NCBI GenBank assembly: GCA_025057275.1
Contig: JANWXQ010000065.1
Span: 20,511-84,510 of the forward strand
Direction of reading: 5' to 3'
From: Chitinophagales bacterium
GTDB lineage: Bacteria > Bacteroidota > Bacteroidia > Chitinophagales > UBA10324
Length of the DNA stretch: 64,000 nt
Position numbers and translations under genes: made by a program. This document shows positions 31,424 to 40,680 of the stretch, in pieces. The notes below the pieces were generated by a model. That model ran no database searches and was not told where the DNA came from. It saw only the letters and a list, made by a program, of their open reading frames with translations. Every line of letters starts with the position of its first letter. The first letter of the stretch is position 1.

Positions 31424-32650
31424 ATGCCGACGAGGTCCCGGTTTTTCGGGATTTCCTGGTCCCGATGGGTACTGATCGCAACAGGCTTTTTGGTGGCAGT
31501 GATTGTTATCAATCAGTACTTTTTCTGCCCGCAATACAACTTTACAGAGCCCCGGCCTTTTACCGGCAAACACTGGTACAATCCATATGAAGATATAGAC
31601 ACCCTCCGGCGGTTCAAATGCAATTTTCATGCTCACTCCAGGGCCTGGATGGGACTCACCAACGGCAACGGCAGCGAACAGGAAGTATGGGACCGTTATG
31701 CCTCCCTGAATTATGACGTCCACTGCATCTCCAACTACCATTGCATCAGCCGGTTCAACGATACGGCACAGAATTATCTTTCCGCATACGAACATGGCTA
31801 TAACATTAAAAAAAATCACTATTTGTTACTCAATTACCGCCAGGTTTCTTTCAGAGACTACCCTTTGCCACAGACCGCACACAACAAGCAGCACCTTATA
31901 GCGCTGTTACAGCCAGCCCACGACGAACTGCTAGCCATCAACCATCCCTCCCTGCGACACGCCTTTTCTGAGAGGGATTTGGCCCTGCTGAGCGGTTACC
32001 AGGGGATGGAAGTTCTGCGCAGCCGTCACACCCATTCCTACCGGGAATGGGATGCTGCTCTGAGTGCCGGCAAGCCGGCGTTCCTGCTGGCCAACGATGA
32101 CCTGCATGATGTGCACGATGCCGGTGACATAGGCCTGAATTGCACTTTCGTCTTTGCACCCGCCCTGACCGCTTCTGATCTTGTTCAGGCACTGAGAACC
32201 GGGCGTAGCTACGGCTTGCGAATCGGAGGATCGGGCCAAGAAACTTTTGAAGATAAGCAACGCAAGGCACGGGCCGGACTGCCTGCTCTCAAGTCCCTGT
32301 TGCTTCGTGGCGACAGCTTGACCCTTGAGTTAAGCGAGCCGGCATCAGAAATCCGATTTATTGGCCAGGGCGGTATTCAACGGGCCAGGCATCAGGGGGT
32401 ATCAGCTACCTACGTCCTGGACACAAACGATACCTACGTACGCGCCCACATCATTTTTCCTGACAGCTCGGTGATGCTGCTTAATCCTGTTTTTCGTTAC
32501 AACCAGGAGCCGCTGCTTCGTCAACTTCCCAGCATAAACCCAGGCAAGACCTGGCTGATGCGAATCTGCGGGGTGTTGCTTCTGATTATCTATCTGGCCG
32601 CAACCGTTATGCTTGCATACCGATTAAACATAAGACAAAATAAGATATAA
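31424..32650 (+). CDS. Membrane-anchored PHP-like metallophosphoesterase (start uncertain: 31355, 31376 or 31424)
   Basis: N- and C-terminal TM segments, NFHAHS, EHG, INHP, ANDDLH. Confidence 0.65.
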   Translation: MPTRSRFFGISWSRWVLIATGFLVAVIVINQYFFCPQYNFTEPRPFTGKHWYNPYEDIDTLRRFKCNFHAHSRAWMGLTNGNGSEQEVWDRYASLNYDVHCISNYHCISRFNDTAQNYLSAYEHGYNIKKNHYLLLNYRQVSFRDYPLPQTAHNKQHLIALLQPAHDELLAINHPSLRHAFSERDLALLSGYQGMEVLRSRHTHSYREWDAALSAGKPAFLLANDDLHDVHDAGDIGLNCTFVFAPALTASDLVQALRTGRSYGLRIGGSGQETFEDKQRKARAGLPALKSLLLRGDSLTLELSEPASEIRFIGQGGIQRARHQGVSATYVLDTNDTYVRAHIIFPDSSVMLLNPVFRYNQEPLLRQLPSINPGKTWLMRICGVLLLIIYLAATVMLAYRLNIRQNKI

Positions 32651-32665
32651 TCCGATTGATTAAGC

Positions 32666-34339
32666 ATGTTTTCTGAACAAAGATCATATCTGATTGCTCT
32701 GTGTATTTTTCTGGCAGGAGCTGCCTATTTTATACCCTTTCTTGGTGCTGCACCATTGTTCGATTGGGATGAAATCAATTTTGCCGAGTCAGCACGTGAA
32801 ATGTTAGTTACCGGTGATTTCATCACCGTACAAATTGACTATCAGCCGTTTTGGGAAAAACCCCCTCTGTTCTTCTGGTTGCAGGCAGTAAGCATGACGT
32901 TGTTTGGGGTGAATGAATTCGCTGCTCGATTCCCCAACGCTGTGTTTGGCATGCTCACCCTGCTGTTGTTCTTTTTTCTTGGCAAAAAGCTGCACAACAC
33001 CCGCCTGGCGGTGATCTGGGTTTTCAGCATGGCCGGATCCTTTTTGCCTGCCTTGTACTTTAAATCCGGCATCATAGATCCGGTTTTTAATTTTTTCATC
33101 TTCTGCGGGGTGGTATGTCTGGCCGCAAGCATCCATCATGTCGGGAATCGCCTGTCGCTGCACTATGCCGTTCTAAGCGGCGTTTTTATTGGTCTTGCCA
33201 CGCTCACCAAAGGTCCGGTTGCGTTGCTGGTGTTTCTGCTCACCGCTTTTGTTTATTGGTTAGCCATCCATCGCAGAAAAATTTATACATGGCCGCATGT
33301 GTTGCGATTTGCTGTCAGTTACAGCGTTGTGGCTGGCATTTGGTTCGGGCTGGACGTATACCGAAACGGCATAGATTTCCTGTTTGAATTCATTATTTAT
33401 CAATGGGATCTGCTGACCACACCCGTTGCAGGTCATAGCGGACCTTTTTACTACCACTTTGTCGTGATTTTGTTCGGTTGTTTTCCCATGTCTGTGGTTG
33501 GAATACCCCTGCTGTTTCAGCGCAGGCACATATCGGAGCCGTGGGATTTCAGCCGTTGGATGCAGATTTTATTCTGGGTGGTATTGATCTTGTTTTCCCT
33601 GGTTAAAACCAAAATTCTTCACTACTCATCGCTTGCGTATTTCCCACTCAGCTACCTTGCCGCCCGCTACATAGAACGGATGGCCGGGCCTGCCGGCATG
33701 CCTGTCTGGCAGCGAATGCTGCTTGCTGTAATCGGCATACTCATCGCCGCCATGCTGTTCGCTGCCCCTTGGCTGGCCCAACGACCGGAACTGATCATGC
33801 CTTTTGTGAAGGATCCCTTTGCTGCCGACTGCCTGACCACCAATGTTTCATGGGATGGCTGGGAATCCTGGATCGGCATGGCCTATCTACTATGCGTTGG
33901 ATTTACTTTGTTATTTATATTAAGAAAAAATATAACTAATGGTTTGTTGTTTTTGTATGCCTCAACCGCGCTGTGTCTGTTTCTGTACCTGAAAGCCGTC
34001 ATACCCCGCATTGCCGGGTATTCGCAAGGTCCTGCTATAGCTTTCTACAAGTCATTGCAGGGCGAGAAGGTTTACGTCAATCCCTACGGTTTTAAAAGCT
34101 ATGCACAATACTTCTACTTCCAAAAACCTCCGGGCGATCCTGCCGAAAGCCGCGATCTCCGCTGGTTGGTATCGGGTGCTATTGACCGTCCGGCATATTT
34201 TGTAGCCAAAACCACGACTGCCGCAGAGCTGGAAGGGAAAACAGACATGCTATTGCTGGGCAAAGAGGGCGGGTATGTATTCTTCATGAGGCAACCGCCG
34301 CAGAGCAATCCCGATGCAGCAACCCCAAACATTCCGTAA
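32666..34339 (+). CDS. ArnT/GT83-like lipid-linked glycosyltransferase
   Basis: FDWDEINFAESAREM, FWEKPPLFFW, EFAARFPNA, LTKGPVA; multiple TM helices. Confidence 0.88.
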   Translation: MFSEQRSYLIALCIFLAGAAYFIPFLGAAPLFDWDEINFAESAREMLVTGDFITVQIDYQPFWEKPPLFFWLQAVSMTLFGVNEFAARFPNAVFGMLTLLLFFFLGKKLHNTRLAVIWVFSMAGSFLPALYFKSGIIDPVFNFFIFCGVVCLAASIHHVGNRLSLHYAVLSGVFIGLATLTKGPVALLVFLLTAFVYWLAIHRRKIYTWPHVLRFAVSYSVVAGIWFGLDVYRNGIDFLFEFIIYQWDLLTTPVAGHSGPFYYHFVVILFGCFPMSVVGIPLLFQRRHISEPWDFSRWMQILFWVVLILFSLVKTKILHYSSLAYFPLSYLAARYIERMAGPAGMPVWQRMLLAVIGILIAAMLFAAPWLAQRPELIMPFVKDPFAADCLTTNVSWDGWESWIGMAYLLCVGFTLLFILRKNITNGLLFLYASTALCLFLYLKAVIPRIAGYSQGPAIAFYKSLQGEKVYVNPYGFKSYAQYFYFQKPPGDPAESRDLRWLVSGAIDRPAYFVAKTTTAAELEGKTDMLLLGKEGGYVFFMRQPPQSNPDAATPNIP

Positions 34340-34426
34340 AAGCCTTTTTTACGGAACAGACATGAGGATCTGACTGGTGGCCTGTCCGAAAGAAGATCGA
34401 CCCCGACCTATTTTTGCCCGCTTGAT

Positions 34427-35812
34427 ATGACCTTGATTACATCGGTTTCGGGAATCCGGGGCACGTTGGGCGGAGCGCCCGGCCAAAATCTTACCGCCGA
34501 AGACGCGGTTCGCTTTACGGCAGCCTTTGCCTGGTGGCTGCAACAGCAACAACAACCCAAAAAAGTGGTCATGGGCCGCGACGCCCGGCCTTCCGGCATA
34601 TGGTTAACCCAGGTGGTAGCCGCTACGTTGCAAAGCATGGGAATGGAGGTCATCGACCTGGGACTTTCCACCACCCCGACGGTTCAGATCATGACCGCCG
34701 AGCTACAAGCCGGCGGAGGCATCATCATTACGGCCAGCCACAATCCGGCTCAGTGGAATGCCCTGAAATTGCTCAATCACCACGGAGAGTTGCTCACCGA
34801 AAGGCAAGGACGTGAAGTGCTGGCTTACGTAGCGAGCGATCAGGTGCAGTATGCTGCTGCAGAACAGCAGGGCATCGCTTACAGGGAAGAAGCAGGATTT
34901 GAAAAACACATTGATAAAATTTTATCGTTACCTCTGGTGCAGCGGGCAGCCATTAAAAAGAAACGGTACCGAATCGTGGTGGATGCGGTAAACAGCTCCG
35001 GCGGCATCGTCGTGCCCGCATTGCTCCGGGCGCTGGGTGTGGAGCAGGTTATTGAGTTGAACTGCGAACCCACTGGCCGTTTTGCCCATGCCCCTGAACC
35101 GTTGGAGGAAAACCTGACTGCTTTGGCTCAGGAAGTCAAGCTGCATAAGGCAGATCTGGGCCTGGCCGTTGACCCCGATGTGGACCGCCTGGCCTTGGTA
35201 AACGAAGACGGCAGCATGTTTGGGGAGGAATACACTTTGGTGGCCGTAGCCGATTACGTGCTGAAGCATCAACCGGGCCCGGCCGTTTCCAACCTGTCGT
35301 CCACACAGGCTTTGCGCGACATTGCCCGCAAACACGATTGCATCCACTACTACGCACCGGTCGGGGAAGCGCATGTAGTGGCTCGCATGAAAGAAGTGGG
35401 TGCCGTCATCGGTGGGGAAGGCAATGGCGGAATCATTTATCCGGCCCTCCATTACGGCCGTGATGCCCTGGTGGGTATTGCCCTGTTTCTTTCGCATCTG
35501 GCAACGAGCGGCAAAACCCCATCGGTGTTGCGGTCGGCTTTTCCTAACTACGTCATCTCCAAAAACAAGGTGCATCTGACGCCGGAGACAGATCTGGACC
35601 GTCTGTTGCAGGGCATTCGCCACAAATACCGTAACCAACCCATAAACACTGACGACGGGCTACGCATTGAATTTGATGGCGATTGGGTGCATTTGCGGCG
35701 TTCCAACACCGAACCCATCATCCGCATTTATGCCGAAAGCCGCAGCGCTACAACCGCCGGCAACCTGGCTGCTAAAATGCTGGAAGATTTACGCAGCCTG
35801 ATGAAACAGTGA
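34427..35812 (+). CDS. glmM: Phosphoglucosamine mutase / phosphohexomutase
   Basis: SGIRG, TASHNP, DPDVDR, GGEGNGG, RRSNTEP; -7 element TATTTTTG at 34409-34416. Confidence 0.88.
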   Translation: MTLITSVSGIRGTLGGAPGQNLTAEDAVRFTAAFAWWLQQQQQPKKVVMGRDARPSGIWLTQVVAATLQSMGMEVIDLGLSTTPTVQIMTAELQAGGGIIITASHNPAQWNALKLLNHHGELLTERQGREVLAYVASDQVQYAAAEQQGIAYREEAGFEKHIDKILSLPLVQRAAIKKKRYRIVVDAVNSSGGIVVPALLRALGVEQVIELNCEPTGRFAHAPEPLEENLTALAQEVKLHKADLGLAVDPDVDRLALVNEDGSMFGEEYTLVAVADYVLKHQPGPAVSNLSSTQALRDIARKHDCIHYYAPVGEAHVVARMKEVGAVIGGEGNGGIIYPALHYGRDALVGIALFLSHLATSGKTPSVLRSAFPNYVISKNKVHLTPETDLDRLLQGIRHKYRNQPINTDDGLRIEFDGDWVHLRRSNTEPIIRIYAESRSATTAGNLAAKMLEDLRSLMKQ

Positions 35813-35904
35813 AGCCGAGGCGGCTTTAAGTGCAGTTTCATCAGGATTTTTTCTCCTGCCTGCATCGGGCAATTCCATAGTTTTGCCGCGATAAATTTTT
35901 TCCG

Positions 35905-37239
35905 ATGGGTTACGTCAAAGAACGTTTTGCCGCCAAAGCTTTACCCCTGGCTGCCGAAATCAAGGATTTTGTCAGAAAAAACGAAAACGTTTCGCTGGGC
36001 ACCTACACCATCGGTCAGATTTATGCCGGCATGAAAGGCATTAAAGCCCTGGTTACGGAAACCTCGCTGCTGGACCCGGAAGAAGGCATTCGTTTTCGCG
36101 GCTACACCATACCCGAACTGCGCGAAAAACTACCACATCTGGACAGTTGCTCCGAGCCGCTTCCCGAAGGCCTCTTCTACTTGATGCTGTTGGACGAACT
36201 GCCCACGTTTAAAGATGTCCAGCATATTGCCAACGTTTGGGCACGGCGCGCTATTGTTCCGCTGCATGTTTTTAAGGCCATTGACCGCCTGCCGCGCGAC
36301 ACCCATCCGATGACGCAGTTCAGCATTGGCATCATGGCCCTGCAAACCGAATCCCATTTTGCAAAAGCCTACCGGGCCGGCATCAATAAAAAAGACTATT
36401 GGGATCCGATGTATGAAGATGCCATGACGCTGATTGCCCGCCTGCCGCGTATTGCCGCCTACATTTACCGCCGTTCCTATAAAAAAGGCAAACACATTGA
36501 GCCCAATCCTGATCTGGACTGGGCTGCCAACTTTGCCCACATGTTGGGCTACGACCAGCCCGATTTTTACAGCTACATGCGTTTGTTCCTGACCATTCAT
36601 GCCGACCATGAAGGCGGCAACGTTTCCGCACATACGACCCATCTGGTGGGTTCAGCGCTAAGCGATGCCTATCTGAGTTTTGCTTCCGGTATGAATGGGC
36701 TGGCAGGTCCGCTGCATGGGCTGGCCAATCAGGAAGTCGTGCGTTGGCTGCTGGAACTCAAGAAAACGCTGGGCAAAAACATTACCACGGAAGGCATCGA
36801 GCACTACATACGCAAAACGCTGGCCGAAGGAAAGGTGATCCCCGGCTATGGTCATGCCGTACTGCGACGCACCGATCCCCGTTTCCTGGCTCAGATGGAA
36901 TTTGCCAAAAAACACTGCCCTGATGATGAACTGGTGAACATCGTCTGGAAGGTGTTTGAGGTGGCTCCCCAGATCCTGATGGAAACCGGTAAGGTAAAAA
37001 ACCCGTGGCCTAACGTCGATGCGCATTCCGGCGCCCTGCTGGTGCATTACGGCCTGGTGGAATATGATTTTTATACCGTTTTGTTTGGTGTGTCGCGCGC
37101 TTTGGGGGTATTGGCTTCATTGGTTTGGGACCGGGCCCTGGGTCACGGTATTGAGCGGCCCAAATCGGTAACCACCAAGTGGTTGCAGGAATACGTGGCT
37201 TCGCTGCAAAGCAAGAAGGAAGAGCCTGTTGCAGGGTAA
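35905..37239 (+). CDS. gltA: Citrate (Si)-synthase, eukaryotic type
   Basis: GMKGIKALVTETSLLDPEEGIRFRG, DHEGGNVSAH, GPLHGLANQEV, PGYGHAVLRRTDPRF, NPWPNVDAHSG. Confidence 0.95.
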   Translation: MGYVKERFAAKALPLAAEIKDFVRKNENVSLGTYTIGQIYAGMKGIKALVTETSLLDPEEGIRFRGYTIPELREKLPHLDSCSEPLPEGLFYLMLLDELPTFKDVQHIANVWARRAIVPLHVFKAIDRLPRDTHPMTQFSIGIMALQTESHFAKAYRAGINKKDYWDPMYEDAMTLIARLPRIAAYIYRRSYKKGKHIEPNPDLDWAANFAHMLGYDQPDFYSYMRLFLTIHADHEGGNVSAHTTHLVGSALSDAYLSFASGMNGLAGPLHGLANQEVVRWLLELKKTLGKNITTEGIEHYIRKTLAEGKVIPGYGHAVLRRTDPRFLAQMEFAKKHCPDDELVNIVWKVFEVAPQILMETGKVKNPWPNVDAHSGALLVHYGLVEYDFYTVLFGVSRALGVLASLVWDRALGHGIERPKSVTTKWLQEYVASLQSKKEEPVAG

Positions 37240-37305
37240 CCACAGCCGCAAAAGCTACGCTCCGCGCTTGGCCGTTGCAGGCTTGAACCTCTTTTTTTTC
37301 ACCGA

Positions 37306-38673
37306 ATGAATTACGACGATACTGTGGCAGCCCTGGCCACGCCGGAGGGCGTAGGAGCGCTGGCCATCGTACGGCTTAGCGGCAACAACGCGCTGGCTAT
37401 TGCCGACCAGGTATTCCGTCCCAAAAAACTCAGCCGCCAGCCCTCCCATACTGCCCACGTGGGTTGGCTGGAACAAAACGGACAAATGGTGGATGAAGCC
37501 GTAGCGGTGGTGTTCCGTGCGCCCCGATCCTATACGCGGGAAGATATGGTAGAATTTACCATACATGGATCGCCCTATCTGGCTCGCAGGGTCTTGGATC
37601 TGCTGTTGGAGCAAGGGGCGCGCCTGGCACGGCCGGGCGAGTTTACTCTGCGGGCTTTTCTGAACGGTCGCCTGGATCTGGCCCAGGCCGAAGCGGTAGC
37701 CGATCTGATTGCTGCCCAGACCGATTCCGCACACCGTTATGCGTTGCAACACCTACGGGGCGGCTACTCGGCCCAGCTGGCGCGCTTGCGTGAGCGGCTG
37801 CTGCAACTGGCTGCCTTGCTGGAACTGGAGCTGGATTTCAGTGAGGAAAATGTGGAATTTGCTTCCCGCAGCGAATTACTTCAATTGGCCGATGAAGGCC
37901 GGCGCCAGATCGCTGAACTGCTGGGTTCGTTCCGCTGGGGTAATGCCGTCCGCGAGGGCGTTACCACCACCATTGCCGGACGTCCCAATGCCGGCAAGTC
38001 CACCCTGCTCAACGCATTGCTGCAGGAAGATCGCGCCATCGTTTCTGAACTGCCCGGCACCACCCGCGATACGCTGGAAGAAGTGCTGGTGCTGGAAGGC
38101 ATACGCTTCCGCCTGATTGATACTGCCGGCCTTCGGGAAGCCTCCGATCAAATCGAACAAAGCGGCATTCAACGCGCGTTAAACAAGATTCAGCGTTCGT
38201 CTGTGGTGCTTTATGTGTTTGATGTGACGGCGGTTACCGATCGGGAAGTGCAGGAAGACATCAGCCGGCTGCCTCTGCAGGGAGCCCATCTGATTGCTGT
38301 AGGCAACAAAATCGACCGGGCAGAGGCTAAGGCCTTAAGCAATTTCACTTTGAAAAGTGTTCCGCTGGTTTGGATTTCAGCTCAGCAGGGCACGGGACTG
38401 AACGAACTCAGGGCTGCTCTGGTAAATGCGGTAAGCAGCGGAAGCGCTCCCGCCGAGCAGGTGGTGGTTACCAATGTGCGGCATGCCGAAGCGCTGCAGC
38501 GGGCGGGACAGGCGCTGGAAGAAGCGCAAAAGGGCTTGAGGGAAAACCGATCCAAGGAACTGATTGCTTCCGATCTGCGTCAGGCTTTGGATGCCCTTGG
38601 GGAAATTCTCGGCACAGTTACCTCAGAACAGCTGCTGGATTTTATATTCAGTAATTTCTGTATAGGAAAATAA
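37306..38673 (+). CDS. mnmE: tRNA modification GTPase MnmE
   Basis: GRPNAGKSTL, GTTRD, DTAGLR, C-terminal FSNFCIGK. Confidence 0.97.
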   Translation: MNYDDTVAALATPEGVGALAIVRLSGNNALAIADQVFRPKKLSRQPSHTAHVGWLEQNGQMVDEAVAVVFRAPRSYTREDMVEFTIHGSPYLARRVLDLLLEQGARLARPGEFTLRAFLNGRLDLAQAEAVADLIAAQTDSAHRYALQHLRGGYSAQLARLRERLLQLAALLELELDFSEENVEFASRSELLQLADEGRRQIAELLGSFRWGNAVREGVTTTIAGRPNAGKSTLLNALLQEDRAIVSELPGTTRDTLEEVLVLEGIRFRLIDTAGLREASDQIEQSGIQRALNKIQRSSVVLYVFDVTAVTDREVQEDISRLPLQGAHLIAVGNKIDRAEAKALSNFTLKSVPLVWISAQQGTGLNELRAALVNAVSSGSAPAEQVVVTNVRHAEALQRAGQALEEAQKGLRENRSKELIASDLRQALDALGEILGTVTSEQLLDFIFSNFCIGK

Positions 38674-38680
38674 TATCTTT

Positions 38681-39943
38681 TTAACGCGACAGCCATTGTT
38701 CGGGATTCAGCATGGCGGCCCCTTTCCAGATTTCCAGATGCACCGTGGTCAGGCCTGTGGCCGGGTCGGTGTAGGCCTGACCAATTTTTTGCTTGGTGCT
38801 TACTTCTTCATTCGCCGACACGCTCACGGAAGCCAGGTTACTGTACACGGTAAAGTATTCGCCGTGCCGGATAAGCACAGCTTTCTGATATGCCGGGTTG
38901 GACAAAATGGCTATTACCGTTCCCTTGAAGATGGCGCGCACGGCCGCACCTTTGGTGGTTTGGATATCAATGCCGTTGTTTTTGATCTTCAGATTGCCAA
39001 ACACTTCGTGTGCATGCGTGCCGAAGCGTTCGGTTATGGTGCCGCGCTCTACCGGCCAGGGAAGTTTTCCCTGATTGGCGGCAAAACTTTTGGACAGCGC
39101 TGCCGCTTCCGGAGTTAACGGGGCTGCACGTTCTCCCTTTCCTGCTGAAGAACGATCTGCTGCTTTATCTGAGCTTAACTCTTTCCGGATCCGTTCTGCA
39201 ATCTGCTTTTTGAGCTTTTCCTGCTCTTTCTGTTTTTGATCCAGCCGTTTTTTCAGTTCTTTTTCTTGCCGGCTAAGCGATTGGAGCAGTTTGTCTTTTT
39301 CCTGCTTTTCCCTAAGCAACAGACGACGCTGTTCTGCTTCCTGATCCAGCAGTCGCTGCTGCTCCTGCATCCGGATGTTAAGCTGATCGATCTGACGTTG
39401 CAGATCGGCCTGAGCCGTAGCAATCAGGGCTGCCTGTTGGCGACGGTAGTCGTTGTAGCGACGCACATAACGCAGCCGGCGCAAGGCATCGTTAAAATCA
39501 TCGGAAGCCATCAAAAAGGTAATCCAGCTTTTGGAGCTTCGGTTTTTGTATGCATACACCACCATTCGGGCGTAGCTGCGTTTGAGATCTTCCAGTTCCT
39601 GCTGCAGCGCGTTGATCGATGTTTGCTTCTGGGCAATCAATCCGTTAATACGCTGAAGGTCCGCATGCAGATTTTGCATCAGTCGTTCACGGGCCTGAAT
39701 GCTTTGCTGCAAGGTGCGCACCTGCTCGGCTCCGGCTTTGCGGGAACGGCGTGTCTGCTCCAGTTCTTTTTGAATGCCGGCAATTTCCTGAAGGAGGCGT
39801 TCGCGTTTGGCCTGCAATTCACTGGAGCTGTATTGGGCATTCAGGGGCAGGGCTGCCAGCACAAACAGCCAGAACATGCAGGCGCATCGGGCAGCCGCCG
39901 CAGGTGAAGCAGGCAATAACGACATCAGCCGGAATGGAATCAA
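38681..39943 (-). CDS. EnvC-like murein hydrolase activator (coiled coil + M23 domain); start uncertain
   Basis: Long coiled coil, GKLPWPV, NNGIDI, IRHGEYFTVYSNL, HLEIWK. Confidence 0.88.
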   Translation of the reverse strand: MIPFRLMSLLPASPAAAARCACMFWLFVLAALPLNAQYSSSELQAKRERLLQEIAGIQKELEQTRRSRKAGAEQVRTLQQSIQARERLMQNLHADLQRINGLIAQKQTSINALQQELEDLKRSYARMVVYAYKNRSSKSWITFLMASDDFNDALRRLRYVRRYNDYRRQQAALIATAQADLQRQIDQLNIRMQEQQRLLDQEAEQRRLLLREKQEKDKLLQSLSRQEKELKKRLDQKQKEQEKLKKQIAERIRKELSSDKAADRSSAGKGERAAPLTPEAAALSKSFAANQGKLPWPVERGTITERFGTHAHEVFGNLKIKNNGIDIQTTKGAAVRAIFKGTVIAILSNPAYQKAVLIRHGEYFTVYSNLASVSVSANEEVSTKQKIGQAYTDPATGLTTVHLEIWKGAAMLNPEQWLSR

Positions 39944-39948
39944 CGCAC

Positions 39949-40680
39949 TTATTCTTCGGCGCGGAACGGAAACCTCAGCGGTTCGTTCAGCCTGATTCGG
40001 GTAAAAGTAACCTCAGCCTCCAGCGAATCGCCGTTGGTTAGCGTCCACTTTCTCCACAACGCAAAAGGCTGGTTGTATTGTATTTCGTACTGTTGATTTT
40101 CAATAAAAAGCCTGCCGTTGCGCTGATCAGTGATGGTCTGGTAGCGCAACAGACGGGAAGGCGAAAAAACAAGAGAGTCACTGCCGGTATGCCCGCCGCG
40201 GGCAATCCACAGGCTGTCGCGTTGCATCAATTGATAGGTGCTGTAAACCAGGATGGGATTACCGGCAATAAGATTTTCCAGCTGACGAAAGGTCAGCGGC
40301 ACGGACGTCAGTTCCTGCAACTCGGCAAATGCGGCCAGCTTCTGTTTTTTATCCAGGCGATCCAACAGGCGCAGGGAGTCCGGGGTCAGCATCAGGCGCG
40401 CTGCTTCCAGCCCGGCCAGAGCGGAAAGCGATATCCAGATGACGCTGTCATGGCGAACCCTAATGTGAGCGGTAAATTCATTTTTTCGGCCATTGATAAA
40501 GGCCGTAACCTTTGCCCGAGCCTGTAGCCATTCATACCTAAAACCTGGGGAAGCCAATGAATCGGCCGAAACCCAAACGGCTGATGAAGCCGGAGTGCTG
40601 CGCGCAGGCGTTGACACCGGCACAGAGGTAGTGCGGCAGGCTGCCAGCAGGAGCATCAGCATGGCAGCGCATTTATTCAT
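39949..40680 (-). CDS. DUF4292-family lipoprotein
   Basis: Lipobox LAA-C, DSVIWIS...GLEAAR.LTPDS; expected position between TPR and EnvC genes. Confidence 0.8.
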   Translation of the reverse strand: MNKCAAMLMLLLAACRTTSVPVSTPARSTPASSAVWVSADSLASPGFRYEWLQARAKVTAFINGRKNEFTAHIRVRHDSVIWISLSALAGLEAARLMLTPDSLRLLDRLDKKQKLAAFAELQELTSVPLTFRQLENLIAGNPILVYSTYQLMQRDSLWIARGGHTGSDSLVFSPSRLLRYQTITDQRNGRLFIENQQYEIQYNQPFALWRKWTLTNGDSLEAEVTFTRIRLNEPLRFPFRAEE

